From Eledone cirrhosa (taxonomy: Eukaryota), in contig OZ024740.1 of the NCBI GenBank assembly GCA_964016885.1, positions 47,616,001-47,680,000 of the forward strand: a stretch of 64,000 nt of DNA. The letters are read 5' to 3'. Both the position numbers and the translations under genes were made by a program. The notes below the pieces were generated by a model, which was not told the origin of the DNA, did not search any database, and saw nothing but the letters and a program-made list of their open reading frames with translations. This document shows positions 12,875-23,873 of the stretch, piece by piece (position 1 is the stretch's first letter; each line of letters opens with the position of its first letter).

Positions 12875-14373
12875 AATCGAAAATGCAACTGGAGTCTTAT
12901 TTTTTTTTTAAATATATATATTTATTTGGTTCCTTTACCGGTTTCGCAGTTCTTCTGCTTTTCAAAAGGTGAGTTGAGATGGAGGGTCTGTGGTTTTTCT
13001 CACATCTGGTTGGTCTCTGAATGTTACTTGTTTTATATGGAAAAAGTGTCTCGAAATGCCAGGTTTTTCGAGAAGTAATTTGATTGGTTTGTCAATAATT
13101 ATAATAAATTTCGCGCCAGTTCGCGTTACAATAGTTCTTCAAATAAGAGAGAGAGGGGGGGGGGGGTCGTCACAGGTTGTTTTTTCATATATGAGTGTTT
13201 GAATTTCTTTTTACTTGAAAAAAGGAGGCTCACGAAGGCTTTTTTTGGTTGGTTATAAATGAAATTTGGCTGTCACGTGAACAAGTTTTCATTACATTTT
13301 TGCGTCCTTATTTGGAAAACTATTCTGTAGTCTTTATAGTGAATGTTATGACAATGGAGAGATAGTGGTCAAGAGAAAAGGGATTGGGAGAAATGTTCTG
13401 GTTCAGTGAATATGGCCAGCTCGCCGGGGTGTCAGAGTTCAGATTTTCTATTGAAGTGAAGATATGTATGTTTATTTGTGTGCTTGTGTGTGTGTATGTG
13501 TGTGTGTGTGTGTGTATGTGTGTATTGGAAGATGATTCTATTAGTAGAGATGGGGGAGGGAGTTGTGTGTGTGTGTATATGGGTGTTATATGTGTGTGTG
13601 CGAGTATGTTAAGATGGAGAGAATATATATTTTGTGTGTGTATATATATATATGTGTGTAGGAAAGTGGTTCTATTAGTAGAAATGGGGAGGGAGTTGTA
13701 GGTGTGGGGTTGTTATGTGTGTGTATGGGTGTTATGTGTGTGGGAGTATGGTTAGCATGTTAAGATGAAGAGAATATATATATATATTGTGTGTGTGTGT
13801 ATGTGTGTGTGTAGGAAATTGATTCCTTTAGTAGGAATATTTTTGAATGAACATATTTTCCTTACTTTTTCGTGTTTGCTGTTGTATTGCCAGTGCAAAC
13901 GTATGTTAAGGTTTATTTAGTTCGGGTTTTTATTTTCTAAAGTAGAAGGTGTTATGTGTGTGTGTGTATGTCATATTGTGGTGTTTGAAAAAACAACCTG
14001 TGACAACCCCCCCCCCCTCTCTTATTTGAAGAACTATTGTAACGCGAACTGGCGCGAAATTTATTATAATTATTGACAAACCAATCAAATTACTTCTCGA
14101 AAAACCTGGCATTTCGAGCCACTTTTTCCATATAAAACAAGTAACATTCAGAGACCAACCAGATGTGAGAAAAACCACAGACCCTCCATCTCAACTCACC
14201 TTTTGAAAAGCAGAAGAACTGCGAAACCGGTAAAGGAACCAAATAAATATATATATTTTTTTTAAAAATAAGACTCCAGTTGCATTTTCGATTTCATCTC
14301 TTTTTCTTTATACTTTCACTCGTGTAGGACACCTCGGTTATTTTTCATTTTGTAAAAAAAACCTCACTTTCTA
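12868..14373 (+). mobile_element. Penelope-like pLTR remnant with ~320-bp inverted arms
   Basis: Arms 12868-13187 and 13986-14300, ~73-nt unpaired tail to (TA)n; hammerhead in each arm; short relative at 48521-48755. Confidence 0.75.
14199..14236 (+). ncRNA. Minimal hammerhead ribozyme, U3-A8 core variant (mirror copy 12932-12969 minus)
   Basis: CCUU UUGAAAA GCAG-AAGAA-CUGC GAA ACCGGU A^AAGG. Confidence 0.75.
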
Positions 14374-14385
14374 ATATATATATAT

Positions 14386-14416
<31 letters not shown>

Positions 14417-14841
14417 GTGTAGGAGGAGAGTTTTATTGTAGTACAATAAAGCAATGCAGATATCGGATAAGAAGCACTCTACACTTTGTAGGACTGGAGT
14501 ATAAATAATATATAAGATCAAAAGATGGTTAAAAGAGTTCCATGTATTTTATTATGCGCATTTCAAAAACAAATATCATCATGCAACAACATTTGCGTTT
14601 TCGTCAGATAAAATAGGGAGACATGATATAAAGATTAAAACACACTTGTGAATAGTGCAGTTTTAAATCAACATATGTTGATTTAAAACTGCACTATTCA
14701 CAAGTGTGTTTTAATCTTTATATCATGTCTCCCTATTTTATCTGACGAAAACGCAAATGTTGTTGCATGATGATATTTGTTTTTGAAATGCGCATAATAA
14801 AATACATGGAACTCTTTTAACCATCTTTTGATCTTATATAT
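14417..14841 (-). mobile_element. PLE-type foldback insertion containing a perfect spacerless 334-bp palindrome (14508-14841)
   Basis: Symmetry centre cat|atg at 14674/14675; ~90-nt unpaired left extension; (TA)n flanks. Confidence 0.8.
14734..14804 (+). ncRNA. Type I hammerhead ribozyme (mirror copy 14545-14615 minus)
   Basis: UAUUUUAU CUGACGA [long G.U-rich stem II] GAA AUGCGCAU A^AUAAAAUA. Confidence 0.88.
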
Positions 14842-14847
14842 ATATAT

Positions 14848-15123
14848 ACACCACATACACATCAGTTTAACAAGCGCACCTCAGCGTGAAAGGTCGTTCT
14901 AAAAACGAAACAATACCTCCTATGTTAACCAAGAACTCCTAAGACCTAACTTAATTTATAAAATAATTTTTTTTAAGAAAAAAAATTTCTTTCTAATCCG
15001 GGAAAAAAATCTTTTGGGATTTTGTGAAGAAAATAAATTTGTTGAAAGCACAAGTGAAGCCATTTTTTCTTCCCCCTGTCTTAATATACCTAACTGTACC
15101 AAGGATTACACACACTTTCCAAT
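14848..15123 (+). repeat. Partial pLTR (3' ~275 bp) of the adjacent Penelope-like family
   Basis: Matches 16148-16431 and 21393-21681, ends in (TA)n. Confidence 0.85.
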
Positions 15124-15552
15124 ATATATATATATATATATTAAGACAGGGGGAAGAAAAAAATGGCTTCACTTGTGCTTTCAACAAATTTATTTTCTTC
15201 ACAAAATCCCAAAAGAATTTTTTTCCGGATTAGAAAAAAATTTTTTTTTTTTTAACTTTTTTTATAAATTAAGTTGTTGGTTGTTGGTTAGGTCTTAGGA
15301 GTTCTTGGTTAACGTAGGAGGTATTGTTTCGTTTTTAGAAAGACCTTTCACGCTGAGGTGCGCTTGTCAAACTGATGTGTATGTGGTGTGTTGTTCCATA
15401 TATAGGGATTTAACATGTCTGTGGTGTGGTGGGGGTTTTTTCTCCCCCTTTAATAAGTGTAGGGGTGTAGGTGTGTTGAAAAGATGTTAATAGCAGTAAT
15501 GAGTTGAGACAGTGAGTAGGGTTGGGTGGGGAGAAATGTAGCAAGTGCGGCC

Positions 15553-16431
15553 TGTGTATATATGTATATTTAGTTATGTATCTTTGTGTGTTTATATGTA
15601 TGTATATGTATGTATGTATGTATATATATACCCATGTGGAGGTATGAGTACATATTCATGTGTGTACGTATGTGTATATGTGTTTTTATATGTGTCTTTA
15701 TATGTTTTTATGTATGTATGTGAATGTATATGTACATGGTTGTGTGATTGATGGTGTGTACCTATATATTCGTACATATGCCCGTGTGTGTATGTACGTA
15801 TATACGCACATATGTGTGTGTTGAACAAAGGACTAATTTTGGGATGGACGTAGAAAAATTCTTCAGAAAAAAATAATTGTTTACAAGCTTGGCAGGTGCG
15901 GTTTGCCTATGACCATTCTCGATACAAAGGAATACTAAAAGCTTTTTCCCCCTGAATAAAGGATTTTTTCGAGAATGACCAGGGCTGGCCGCACTTGCTA
16001 CATTTCTCCCCACCCAACCCTACTCACTGTCTCAACTCATTACTGCTATTAACATCTTTTCAACACACCTACACCCCTACACTTATTAAAGGGGAGAAAA
16101 AAAAACCACCACACCACAGACATGTTAAATCCCTATATATGGAACAACACACCACATACACATCAGTTTGACAAGCGCACCTCAGCGTGAAAGGTCTTTC
16201 TAAAAACGAAACAATACCTCCTACGTTAACCAAGAACTCCTAAGACCTAACCAACAACCAACAACTTAATTTATAAAAAAAAATTTTTTAAATTTTTTCT
16301 AATCCGGAAAAAAATTCTTTTGGGATTTTGTGAAGAAAATAAATTTGTTGAAAGCACAAGTGAAGCCATTTTTTCTTCCCCCCTGTCTTAATATACCTAA
16401 CTGTACCAAGGATTACACACATTTTCCAATA
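15553..16431 (+). repeat. 5' pseudo-LTR
   Basis: ~880-bp direct repeat of 20795-21681. Confidence 0.92.
16165..16201 (+). ncRNA. Candidate hammerhead in pLTR, U3-A8 variant (also 21409-21445)
   Basis: UUGACAA GCGC-ACCUCA-GCGU GAA AGGUCU U; stem I is weak. Confidence 0.45.
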
Positions 16432-16455
16432 TTCTATCCCCTTGTACAAGTCAGA

Positions 16456-17667
16456 ATGGCTAGCACACGTTCAAAATCCTCTACTGAATCCCTCAAATCG
16501 GAGACACTACTACAGGAAATATCAGAAAAACTCACCACAATAATAGATAAATATGATTCCCTTACGAATGCCGTACAAGAAATGGAACAACAAACACGCA
16601 GCTATAGGGAAAAACTTGATTCACTAATTACAGACCGACAAAAACAAGAACAAACCTTTTCCCCTGAAATAGCTACACATGAACAGAACTCCATCACCAA
16701 TAATGCATTCAAAGAATGGAATGAACTGAATCTAGAAAAAGAAGCCTACAGAAAAAGAAACCAAATGAAAAACATTTGGAACCAACTATTAAATCAAAGA
16801 AAACAGGCATACTGGAAAGCCTTGAGGAGTGAAAACCTAGCAGACACATACGAAATATGGCGTAGCAAGGAACCAGTTATCCTCCCGAGAAAATTCCGAA
16901 TTAAAGAAATACCATCGGAATCAAAGGAAGAAACTGCAACAAGACTAAATCTAGCACTCCAAACACTTGAGACCGAAATCACCCTACTCCGCCTAAGAGT
17001 GCCAAAATTCAAAGAGAAATTTGAAAAATGCGACACCACCATCCAAGAGGAAATAAACAAAAGAAGCAGCGGCAATGTACGTGAAAAACTCCTTAACCTA
17101 TGGCAGACAGATACAACTAGAGAGGAGTTAAAATCAAAGAAAATCTTGGAGTCAAGAACTCAATGGCTTCAAGAATATGAAGATAACTATGGGAAAGACC
17201 AAATAAAACCCAGAAAACAAACCCATAGGAAACCCCAGAACTCAGGAAAATACAACACAAGAAATGAAGCACCCACACACAATAAACCAACAACAACCAG
17301 ATATTGGGTAACCCCAAACACACAACTACATACAGACCCAATACTCAACACCAGAACCAGATACAACCACTGCCATAACACCAAGAACAACTACCGGAGA
17401 CAAAATCAAAGACACATGAATACTGAACGAAACAACAGAAGAACCAGACCCCCATACAGCAACGACCACGCAAGAGTCTATCGCCCAAGCAGTTACCGGC
17501 ATGAAGTTCCGGCGGGCCAAAGGTTTCACCACAACAGAAACACCCCTATCCCAAATGGCACCCATTTTTTAGGACTAGGGGCCTCGCACCAAATGAAAGA
17601 AAAAAAGAAAAAAGCACCACCTTTCAAGTGGTACCTGACGAGAAAGAACCAATCGAACCAAAAATAA
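16456..17667 (+). CDS. PLE ORF1, 403-aa helical/coiled-coil protein with basic disordered C-terminus
   Basis: ATG 25 nt after the pLTR (MASTRSKSS); heptad-like LLQEISEKLTTIIDKYDSLTNAVQEMEQQ; R/N/H-rich tail; uninterrupted frame. Confidence 0.8.
   Translation: MASTRSKSSTESLKSETLLQEISEKLTTIIDKYDSLTNAVQEMEQQTRSYREKLDSLITDRQKQEQTFSPEIATHEQNSITNNAFKEWNELNLEKEAYRKRNQMKNIWNQLLNQRKQAYWKALRSENLADTYEIWRSKEPVILPRKFRIKEIPSESKEETATRLNLALQTLETEITLLRLRVPKFKEKFEKCDTTIQEEINKRSSGNVREKLLNLWQTDTTREELKSKKILESRTQWLQEYEDNYGKDQIKPRKQTHRKPQNSGKYNTRNEAPTHNKPTTTRYWVTPNTQLHTDPILNTRTRYNHCHNTKNNYRRQNQRHMNTERNNRRTRPPYSNDHARVYRPSSYRHEVPAGQRFHHNRNTPIPNGTHFLGLGASHQMKEKKKKAPPFKWYLTRKNQSNQK
17565..17571 (+). promoter_or_regulatory. 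Putative -1 ribosomal frameshift slippery site T TTT TTA
   Basis: In ORF1 frame (CAT TTT TTA GGA); the -1 frame is open from here into RT. Confidence 0.65.
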
Positions 17668-19913
17668 TCAATATATCAACCAAGAAATTAACACAACCAG
17701 AAATACCACTGTTAGAAAATGGACTGAAGTTCACTCCCACTCCGAAAGCAGATACAGCCGATGTTATAAAAGACACAGAAGAATACTGTCGAAAATTACG
17801 CTTAGGAGAATTCTTCCAGAGTGTACAATACGAGGAAGAATCACTGGTGAAAAACAAAAAGAACTTCACATCCCCGCTAAATAGAGATAAATACCTGGAG
17901 GAGTACATAACCTGCCTTCGCCGATCAGCACGTACAAATACGGCCGAGACGAAACACAAACGCAACATCCCTACAGACAAACTACTAGCATTGAACAAGC
18001 TACAAAGGGATTCCTCAATAATAATAAAAGAAGCGGACAAAGGTGGAGCAATCGTCATCATGGACATAAACCACTACAAAGATATGGTTCTAGCACACTT
18101 GAATGACGAAAACTTCTACAGGAAAATCACTAAAAACGAAGAAAGGAAATCGAGGAACCAAATAGGCAAACTAACAACAAAGTACCAAAACAACCTAACA
18201 CCAAAAGAAGTAGATTACCTAACCAACTTCGAAATGAAAACCAGCAATTTCTATGGATTACCAAAAATTCACAAATCCATAGAAATCCAAAACAACATAA
18301 AAGGGAAAAATACATCATACATCGAAGCACCAAAACCGACAGACTTAAAATTACGCCCCATTATTGCTGGCCCAGCCTCAAGCACACAACGTCTAAGCAA
18401 CCTATTAGACATCATACTCAAACCCCTATGTAAAAAAGTTCCAAGCTACATCAGAGATGATATGGAATTCCTTAACTATATCCCCCAAAAAGTACACCAG
18501 GATACAATCTTAGTCAGTTTTGATGTAATAAGCCTGTACACTAACATCACACACGACCTAGGGATTGAAGCTGTGGACTTCTGGATTACAAAACACTCAA
18601 GTCACATTTCAGAAAGATTCCCCAAAGAATTCATCTTGGAAGGACTTAAATTAGTATTGGAAAACAACCACTTCCTCTTTGACAACGAATTTTATCTACA
18701 AATAAAAGGAACAGCCATGGGTACCAAAGTGGCCCCTACATATGCAACGCTCGTTATGGGTCACTTAGAGGCAAAATTATATTCCCAACTACAGATAACA
18801 TTCAGTCACGACTTCGCCTTCTACATTAATAAAAACTGGAAACGTTACCTAGATGACTGCTTCATCTTCTGGAACAGAAGCCAAACAGACCTACAAAAAA
18901 AAAAAAAAAAAAAAAATGTTATTCGATCTTAAACAGGCTTCATGAAGCTATACAATTCACTATGGAATGTAACGAAAAGGAACTGCCCTTTCTAGATATC
19001 CTCATCATTAAAGAAGGGGAAAATATCATAACGGACCTATTTTGCAAACCCACTGACACACACCAATACTTAAATTTCCGGTCAGCACACCCCTCACATA
19101 CGAAAAGGAACATTCCCTTCAACATGGCAAGGCGCATCTGCACTATAGCAACACACTCCGTACTACAAGAAAAAAGATTATGTGACCTGAAAAAATTCCT
19201 TAAAAAACAAGAATACCCGATGAAACTCATCAACGCAGCCATCTCCAAGGCTAAGAACATCCCAATAACAACACTGAGAAAACCAAACCCACAACATAAA
19301 AAAGAAAACCCTGCTATCTCTTTTGTCATCACTCACAACCCAGGGAACATCAACATTGTGAAAACTGCTAAGCAGTATCTCCCGATTCTACAGCAATCTA
19401 CCAAAATGAATGCACTCTTATAAAACACACAGATAATTTATAGCAGACGCCAAGCACCCAACCTTAAAAAAACTAATTACCAAGGCAAAATTTACGACCA
19501 ACATGGAATCAATGCAAGTGACGAAATGCGGGGAACCTAGATGTGGAACCTGTGAACTCATCGAAGAGGGCAAACAGTTGTCCTTCAAAAACCATGATAA
19601 TTTCAAGGTCAATGCAAACATGAACTGCAAAACGAAAAACCAAATATATTGCGCAACATGTCCACAGTGTAAAGAGTATTACATTGGGGAAACCGGAACG
19701 GGACTACATGATAGAGTCCGGGTACATAAACAACAAATTAAAGACCCCACAGTCAGAAATACCACATGTAGCGCACACTTTGCATCATGCGGGAAGGGAA
19801 AATTCCCAATCTTCCCTTTCTTCAAGATATGGTCGGATAACGAACATTTCCGCAGATATAAAGAAGAATTCTTCATTGAAAAATTTAAACCACTACTGAA
19901 CACGAAAAAATGA
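17571..19913 (+). pseudogene. PLE reverse transcriptase + GIY-YIG endonuclease (three lesions)
   Basis: ADKGGAIVIMD, FYGLPKIHK, LRPII, SFDVISLYTNI, GTAMGTKVAPTYA, RYLDDCF, LPFLDI, KPTDTHQYL; CGEPRCGTC linker; QIY...YYIGET...R...H...E...LN. Lesions: A22 run at 18895-18916, TAA at 19421, A7 run at 19466-19472. Confidence 0.93.
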
Positions 19914-19974
19914 ATTAACACTCGGAGGTAAAATTCCATTTCACTACCCCCACTCCCCTCTTCTTATGTGCACA

Positions 19975-19984
19975 CATGTTTGTA

Positions 19985-20025
<41 letters not shown>

Positions 20026-20238
20026 ATGTGTGTATATATATGTATATGTATGTATGTGTATATTTGTATATATATATATGTATATATATATATATGTATA
20101 TATAGATATATGTTTATATGTGTGTGTATGTATATGTATGTATCTATATATGTGTGTGTGTGTATGTATGTGCATATATGTATATATGTGTGTACATATA
20201 TGTATGTTTCTGTATGTGTATATGTATGTATGTATGTG

Positions 20239-20283
<45 letters not shown>

Positions 20284-20340
20284 GTGTCTTTATGTGTTTG
20301 TGTGTACATATATATATATGTGTGTGTATGTATATGTATG

Positions 20341-20391
<51 letters not shown>

Positions 20392-20550
20392 ATATGTATG
20401 TGTATATATGTATGTGTGTATGTATGTGTTTGTATGTGTATGTGTATGTGTATGTGTATGTATATGTATATATATATATATATGTGTATATATATATAAA
20501 TATATATATGTGTATATGTATGTATATGTGTGTATGTGTCTGTATGTGTT

Positions 20551-20623
<73 letters not shown>

Positions 20624-20656
20624 GTATATGTGTGTGTGTATGCCTCTATATATATT

Positions 20657-20687
<31 letters not shown>

Positions 20688-20748
20688 ATGCATGTATGTG
20701 TGAACGGATGTATATATACGGACATATGTATATGTGTGTGTGTGTGTA

Positions 20749-20788
<40 letters not shown>

Positions 20789-20800
20789 CGTGTATGTGTA
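19975..20800. repeat. Compound (TA/TG)n microsatellite inside the PLE 3' region
   Basis: Direct reading. Confidence 0.9.
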
Positions 20801-21675
20801 TATATGTATATCTAGTTATGTATCTTTGTGTGTGTATATGTATGTATATGTATGTATGTATATATATATATATATACCCATGTGGAGGTATGAGTACATA
20901 TTCGTGTGTGTACGTATGTGTATATGTGTTTTTATATGTGTCTTTATGTTTTTATGTATGTATGTGGATGTATATGTACATGGGTGTGTGATTGATGGTG
21001 TGTACCTATATATTCGTACATATGCCCGTGTGTGTATGTACGTATATACGCACATATGTGTGTGTTGAACAAAGGACTAATTTGGGGATGGACGTAGAAA
21101 AATTCTTCAGAAAAAAATAATTGTTTACAAGCTTGGCAGGTGCGGTTTGCCTATGACCATTCTCGATACAAAGGAATACTAAAAGCTTTTTCCCCTGAAT
21201 AAAGGAATTTTTCGAGAATGACCGGGGCAGGCCGCACTTGCTACATTTCTCCCCACCCAACCCTACTCACTGTCTCAACTCATTACTGCTATTAACATCT
21301 TTTCAACACACCTACACCCCTACACTTATTAAAGGGGGAGAAAAAAAACCCACCACACCACAGACATGTTAAATCCCTATATATGGAACAACACACCACA
21401 TACACATCAGTTTGACAAGCGCACCTCAGCGTGAAAGGTCTTTCTAAAAACGAAACAATACCTCCTACGTTAACCAAGAACTCCTAAGACCTAACCAACA
21501 ACCAACAACTTAATTTATTTTAAAAAATTTTTTTAAGAAAAATTTTTTCTAATCCGGAAAAAAATTCTTTTGGGATTTTGTGAAGAAAATAAATTTGTTG
21601 AAAGCACAAGTGAAGCCATTTTTTTCTTCCCCCCTGTCTTAATATACCTAACTGTACCAAGGATTGCACACATTT

Positions 21676-21681
<6 letters not shown>
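20795..21681 (+). repeat. 3' pseudo-LTR
   Basis: Direct repeat of 15553-16431, followed by (TA)n. Confidence 0.92.
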
Positions 21682-21717
<36 letters not shown>

Positions 21718-21819
21718 TTGTGTGTATGTGTCTATATATGTATGTTTGCATGCATGAACGAATACACTAAGCTTTAGACTTAGTATAATGTACAATCACT
21801 GATTCCAGTTATTTGCACT

Positions 21820-22442
21820 AACGCATCGGCGTTTCTCTGAGGCTCGGCCTCCAGATCTGCCAGCCACACCAATGTCGCTGCGGTTCCACCGTGGACTCTT
21901 TCGGGCTCCACCCGCTTTCCTTTCGCCACAGTGCCGGCCGCATTCCACGCCATGCTGCCCTCAACGAGGTCATTAAGCGTGGCTTGGACGCTGCAGGCTT
22001 CCCTTCCCAGTTCGAGCCGGTAGGGCTGGATCGAGGGGACGGCAAAAGGCCAGATGGCATGACCATCTTCCCGTTCCACGGTGGAAAACCCCTCGTCTGG
22101 GGTGCCACTTGCACCGACACTTTCTGCAGCCGCAACCTGGTGCAGTCTGCGACTGACACAGGTTCTGCTGCACGTCGGGCTGAGGGGGCCAAACTCCTCA
22201 AATACCGGTCGCTCTCCGACAGGTTTGCGGTCGTACCCTTGGCAGTGGAGACTTCTGGTGTCCTCGGCCCCAGGGCTACCTCCTTACTCACCACCATAGG
22301 CGCTGAGCTGGCCAGCCGCAGGTGTGAGCTCTGCGAGTTGGAGTGGCTCTTCCACTGCATCTCCCTTACTATCCTCCGGGGAAACGCCTTCTCCATTCTG
22401 TCAGCCGGGGCTGTGAGTGGGCCCCATCGCGTACCGTTGTAG
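21820..22442 (+). mobile_element. CRE-clade-like non-LTR retrotransposon 3' fragment (Zn knuckle + restriction-like endonuclease)
   Basis: CRCGSTVDSFGLH...RHAALNEVIKR...EP...DGKRPDG...PLAVETSGVLG...ISLTILRGNA; GC-rich island. Confidence 0.85.
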
Positions 22443-22479
22443 TTGTTGTAGAAGAAACGGGTTCCACTTGTTAATCAAA

Positions 22480-22727
22480 AGAAAAAGGAAAGTGCACTAA
22501 CGTATATTTTAGTTTCTATTAATTCCCTGGGGAACTGTTTGACCTAATAATGCTTTGCTTAATTGTTTTGTTTATTTTTAAAAAAATTATTCTTTCTCTT
22601 AGACTTCAGGTATTTTTTGAAAACAAAGCATTGGCCCCTAAAATACTACAGTAGGCCCTGCAATCCTACTGCGGTGCCCCTGGGGCCCACTTGCCATTGG
22701 CAACCTGGTAACCTGGCCAGTCCGCCA

Positions 22728-22730
<3 letters not shown>
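22480..22730 (+). mobile_element. Right end of CAGTGGCGGACTGG-TIR transposon
   Basis: ...ccagtccgccactg|ta is the reverse complement of the left ends at 10566 and 11559. Confidence 0.6.
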
Positions 22731-22784
<54 letters not shown>

Positions 22785-22839
22785 CATATATATATATGGT
22801 TGGAAGATCACTGATGAAGGACCACTTTATTCATATATA

Positions 22840-23720
22840 CAGTGCCCCGCAAAAGTTTACAACACATTAGGAAAAATGCAGTTTTAGGTATTTTTAATAA
22901 AGTTAGGGTAATGAAAATTTAACTACTGATAGAACATATAATGAGGCATTTAATGATCCAATCATATTTTTAAAAAAATAACAAGGAAATAACACATGTA
23001 GAAAAATCAATATTTTTATAATGCAAAAGTTTACAACACATTTTATATTTATCGCTTTTTTTCAAGAAAATTCTTAAATTTTCAGATTTAAAATTCAGTA
23101 GAATGTTCTAGATTAGGTTTAAGATAACTTCTAGGGACTATTAAAAACATTACATCATTATTTGTCTGACAACCATCCTGTAAACATTGACAACCGTCCT
23201 GTAAACATTGACAATATGGGGAAAGATAAACTGATTGATCAAGACCTCTGTAAACGCATTGTAGACCTTCATACAAATGGTGTTGGTTATAGAAAGATAT
23301 CTTGTCAGTTAAATGTGCCATTGAGTTCAGTTGGTACAATAATTCGTCACTGGAAATCTCATCATTCCATCTGTCCTCTAATTAGTTCTGGTTGTCCTAG
23401 AAAGATAACGGAACGTGCAGCTCGGTTATTGACGAGGAAGGTTGGCAACGAACCCCGGTGTACTCTTAAAAATCTTCAGGATAACTTAGAAGGAAGTGGA
23501 GTAAAAGTGAGCACAGATACAATTAGTCGGTCACTACATCGATATGATATCTTCTCGAGGTCTCCAAGGAAAACACCACTTCTTACGAGGAAACACGTTC
23601 TTCGTCGATTAAACTTTGCAAATGAGCATCTCATCAAACCTGCGTCATTTTGGGAAGATGTACTTTAGTCGGACGAAACAAAAATTGAACTTTTTGGTCG
23701 TTAGACGCTAGAGTCACTTA
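22840..23720 (+). mobile_element. 3'-truncated Tc1-like transposon
   Basis: TA|cagtgccccgcaaaagtttacaacac TIR with inner direct repeat near 23023; transposase from ATG 23216 (paired HTH, GCPRK, RKTPLL, WEDVL*SDETKIELFG). Confidence 0.92.
23216..23704 (+). pseudogene. Tc1 transposase N-terminal half, premature stop at the W of WSDE
   Basis: Supplied ORF 23162-23668 plus in-frame SDETKIELFGR. Confidence 0.9.
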
Positions 23721-23770
23721 TATATTATGGAATACTGTTGCTTCTTGCTACAATAATTTCTATACCTTTC

Positions 23771-23818
<48 letters not shown>

Positions 23819-23873
23819 TCTTTTACTCTTTTACCTGTTCCAGCCATCCGGCTGAGGCCATGCTGGGACAGTA

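Larger units (their letters stand above)
15141..21681 (+). mobile_element. Near-complete Penelope-like retroelement (Neptune/Naiad-like, C-terminal GIY-YIG)
   Basis: Inverted partial pLTR 15141-15554, direct pLTRs 15553-16431 and 20795-21681, ORF1 + RT + GIY-YIG, (TA)n flanks. Clade assignment is inferred from the Cys-rich linker and the TA target. Confidence 0.92.

Noticed and set aside
16330-16455. ORF1 start at 16330 as in the ORF track
   Set aside because: Non-ATG start lying inside the pLTR; the first ATG is at 16456.
21150-21225. SECIS element in the PLE pLTR (AUGA...GA)
   Set aside because: Quartet register is off relative to the helix, and the ORFs contain no in-frame TGA (the premature stop is TAA).
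21820-22442. GC-rich island as bacterial contamination or horizontal gene transfer
   Set aside because: Encodes a eukaryotic CRE-type retrotransposon endonuclease, and a decayed relative is present at 36 kb.
22811-22830. CTGATGA motif (also at 31830)
   Set aside because: No stem II/GAAA/stem III follows.
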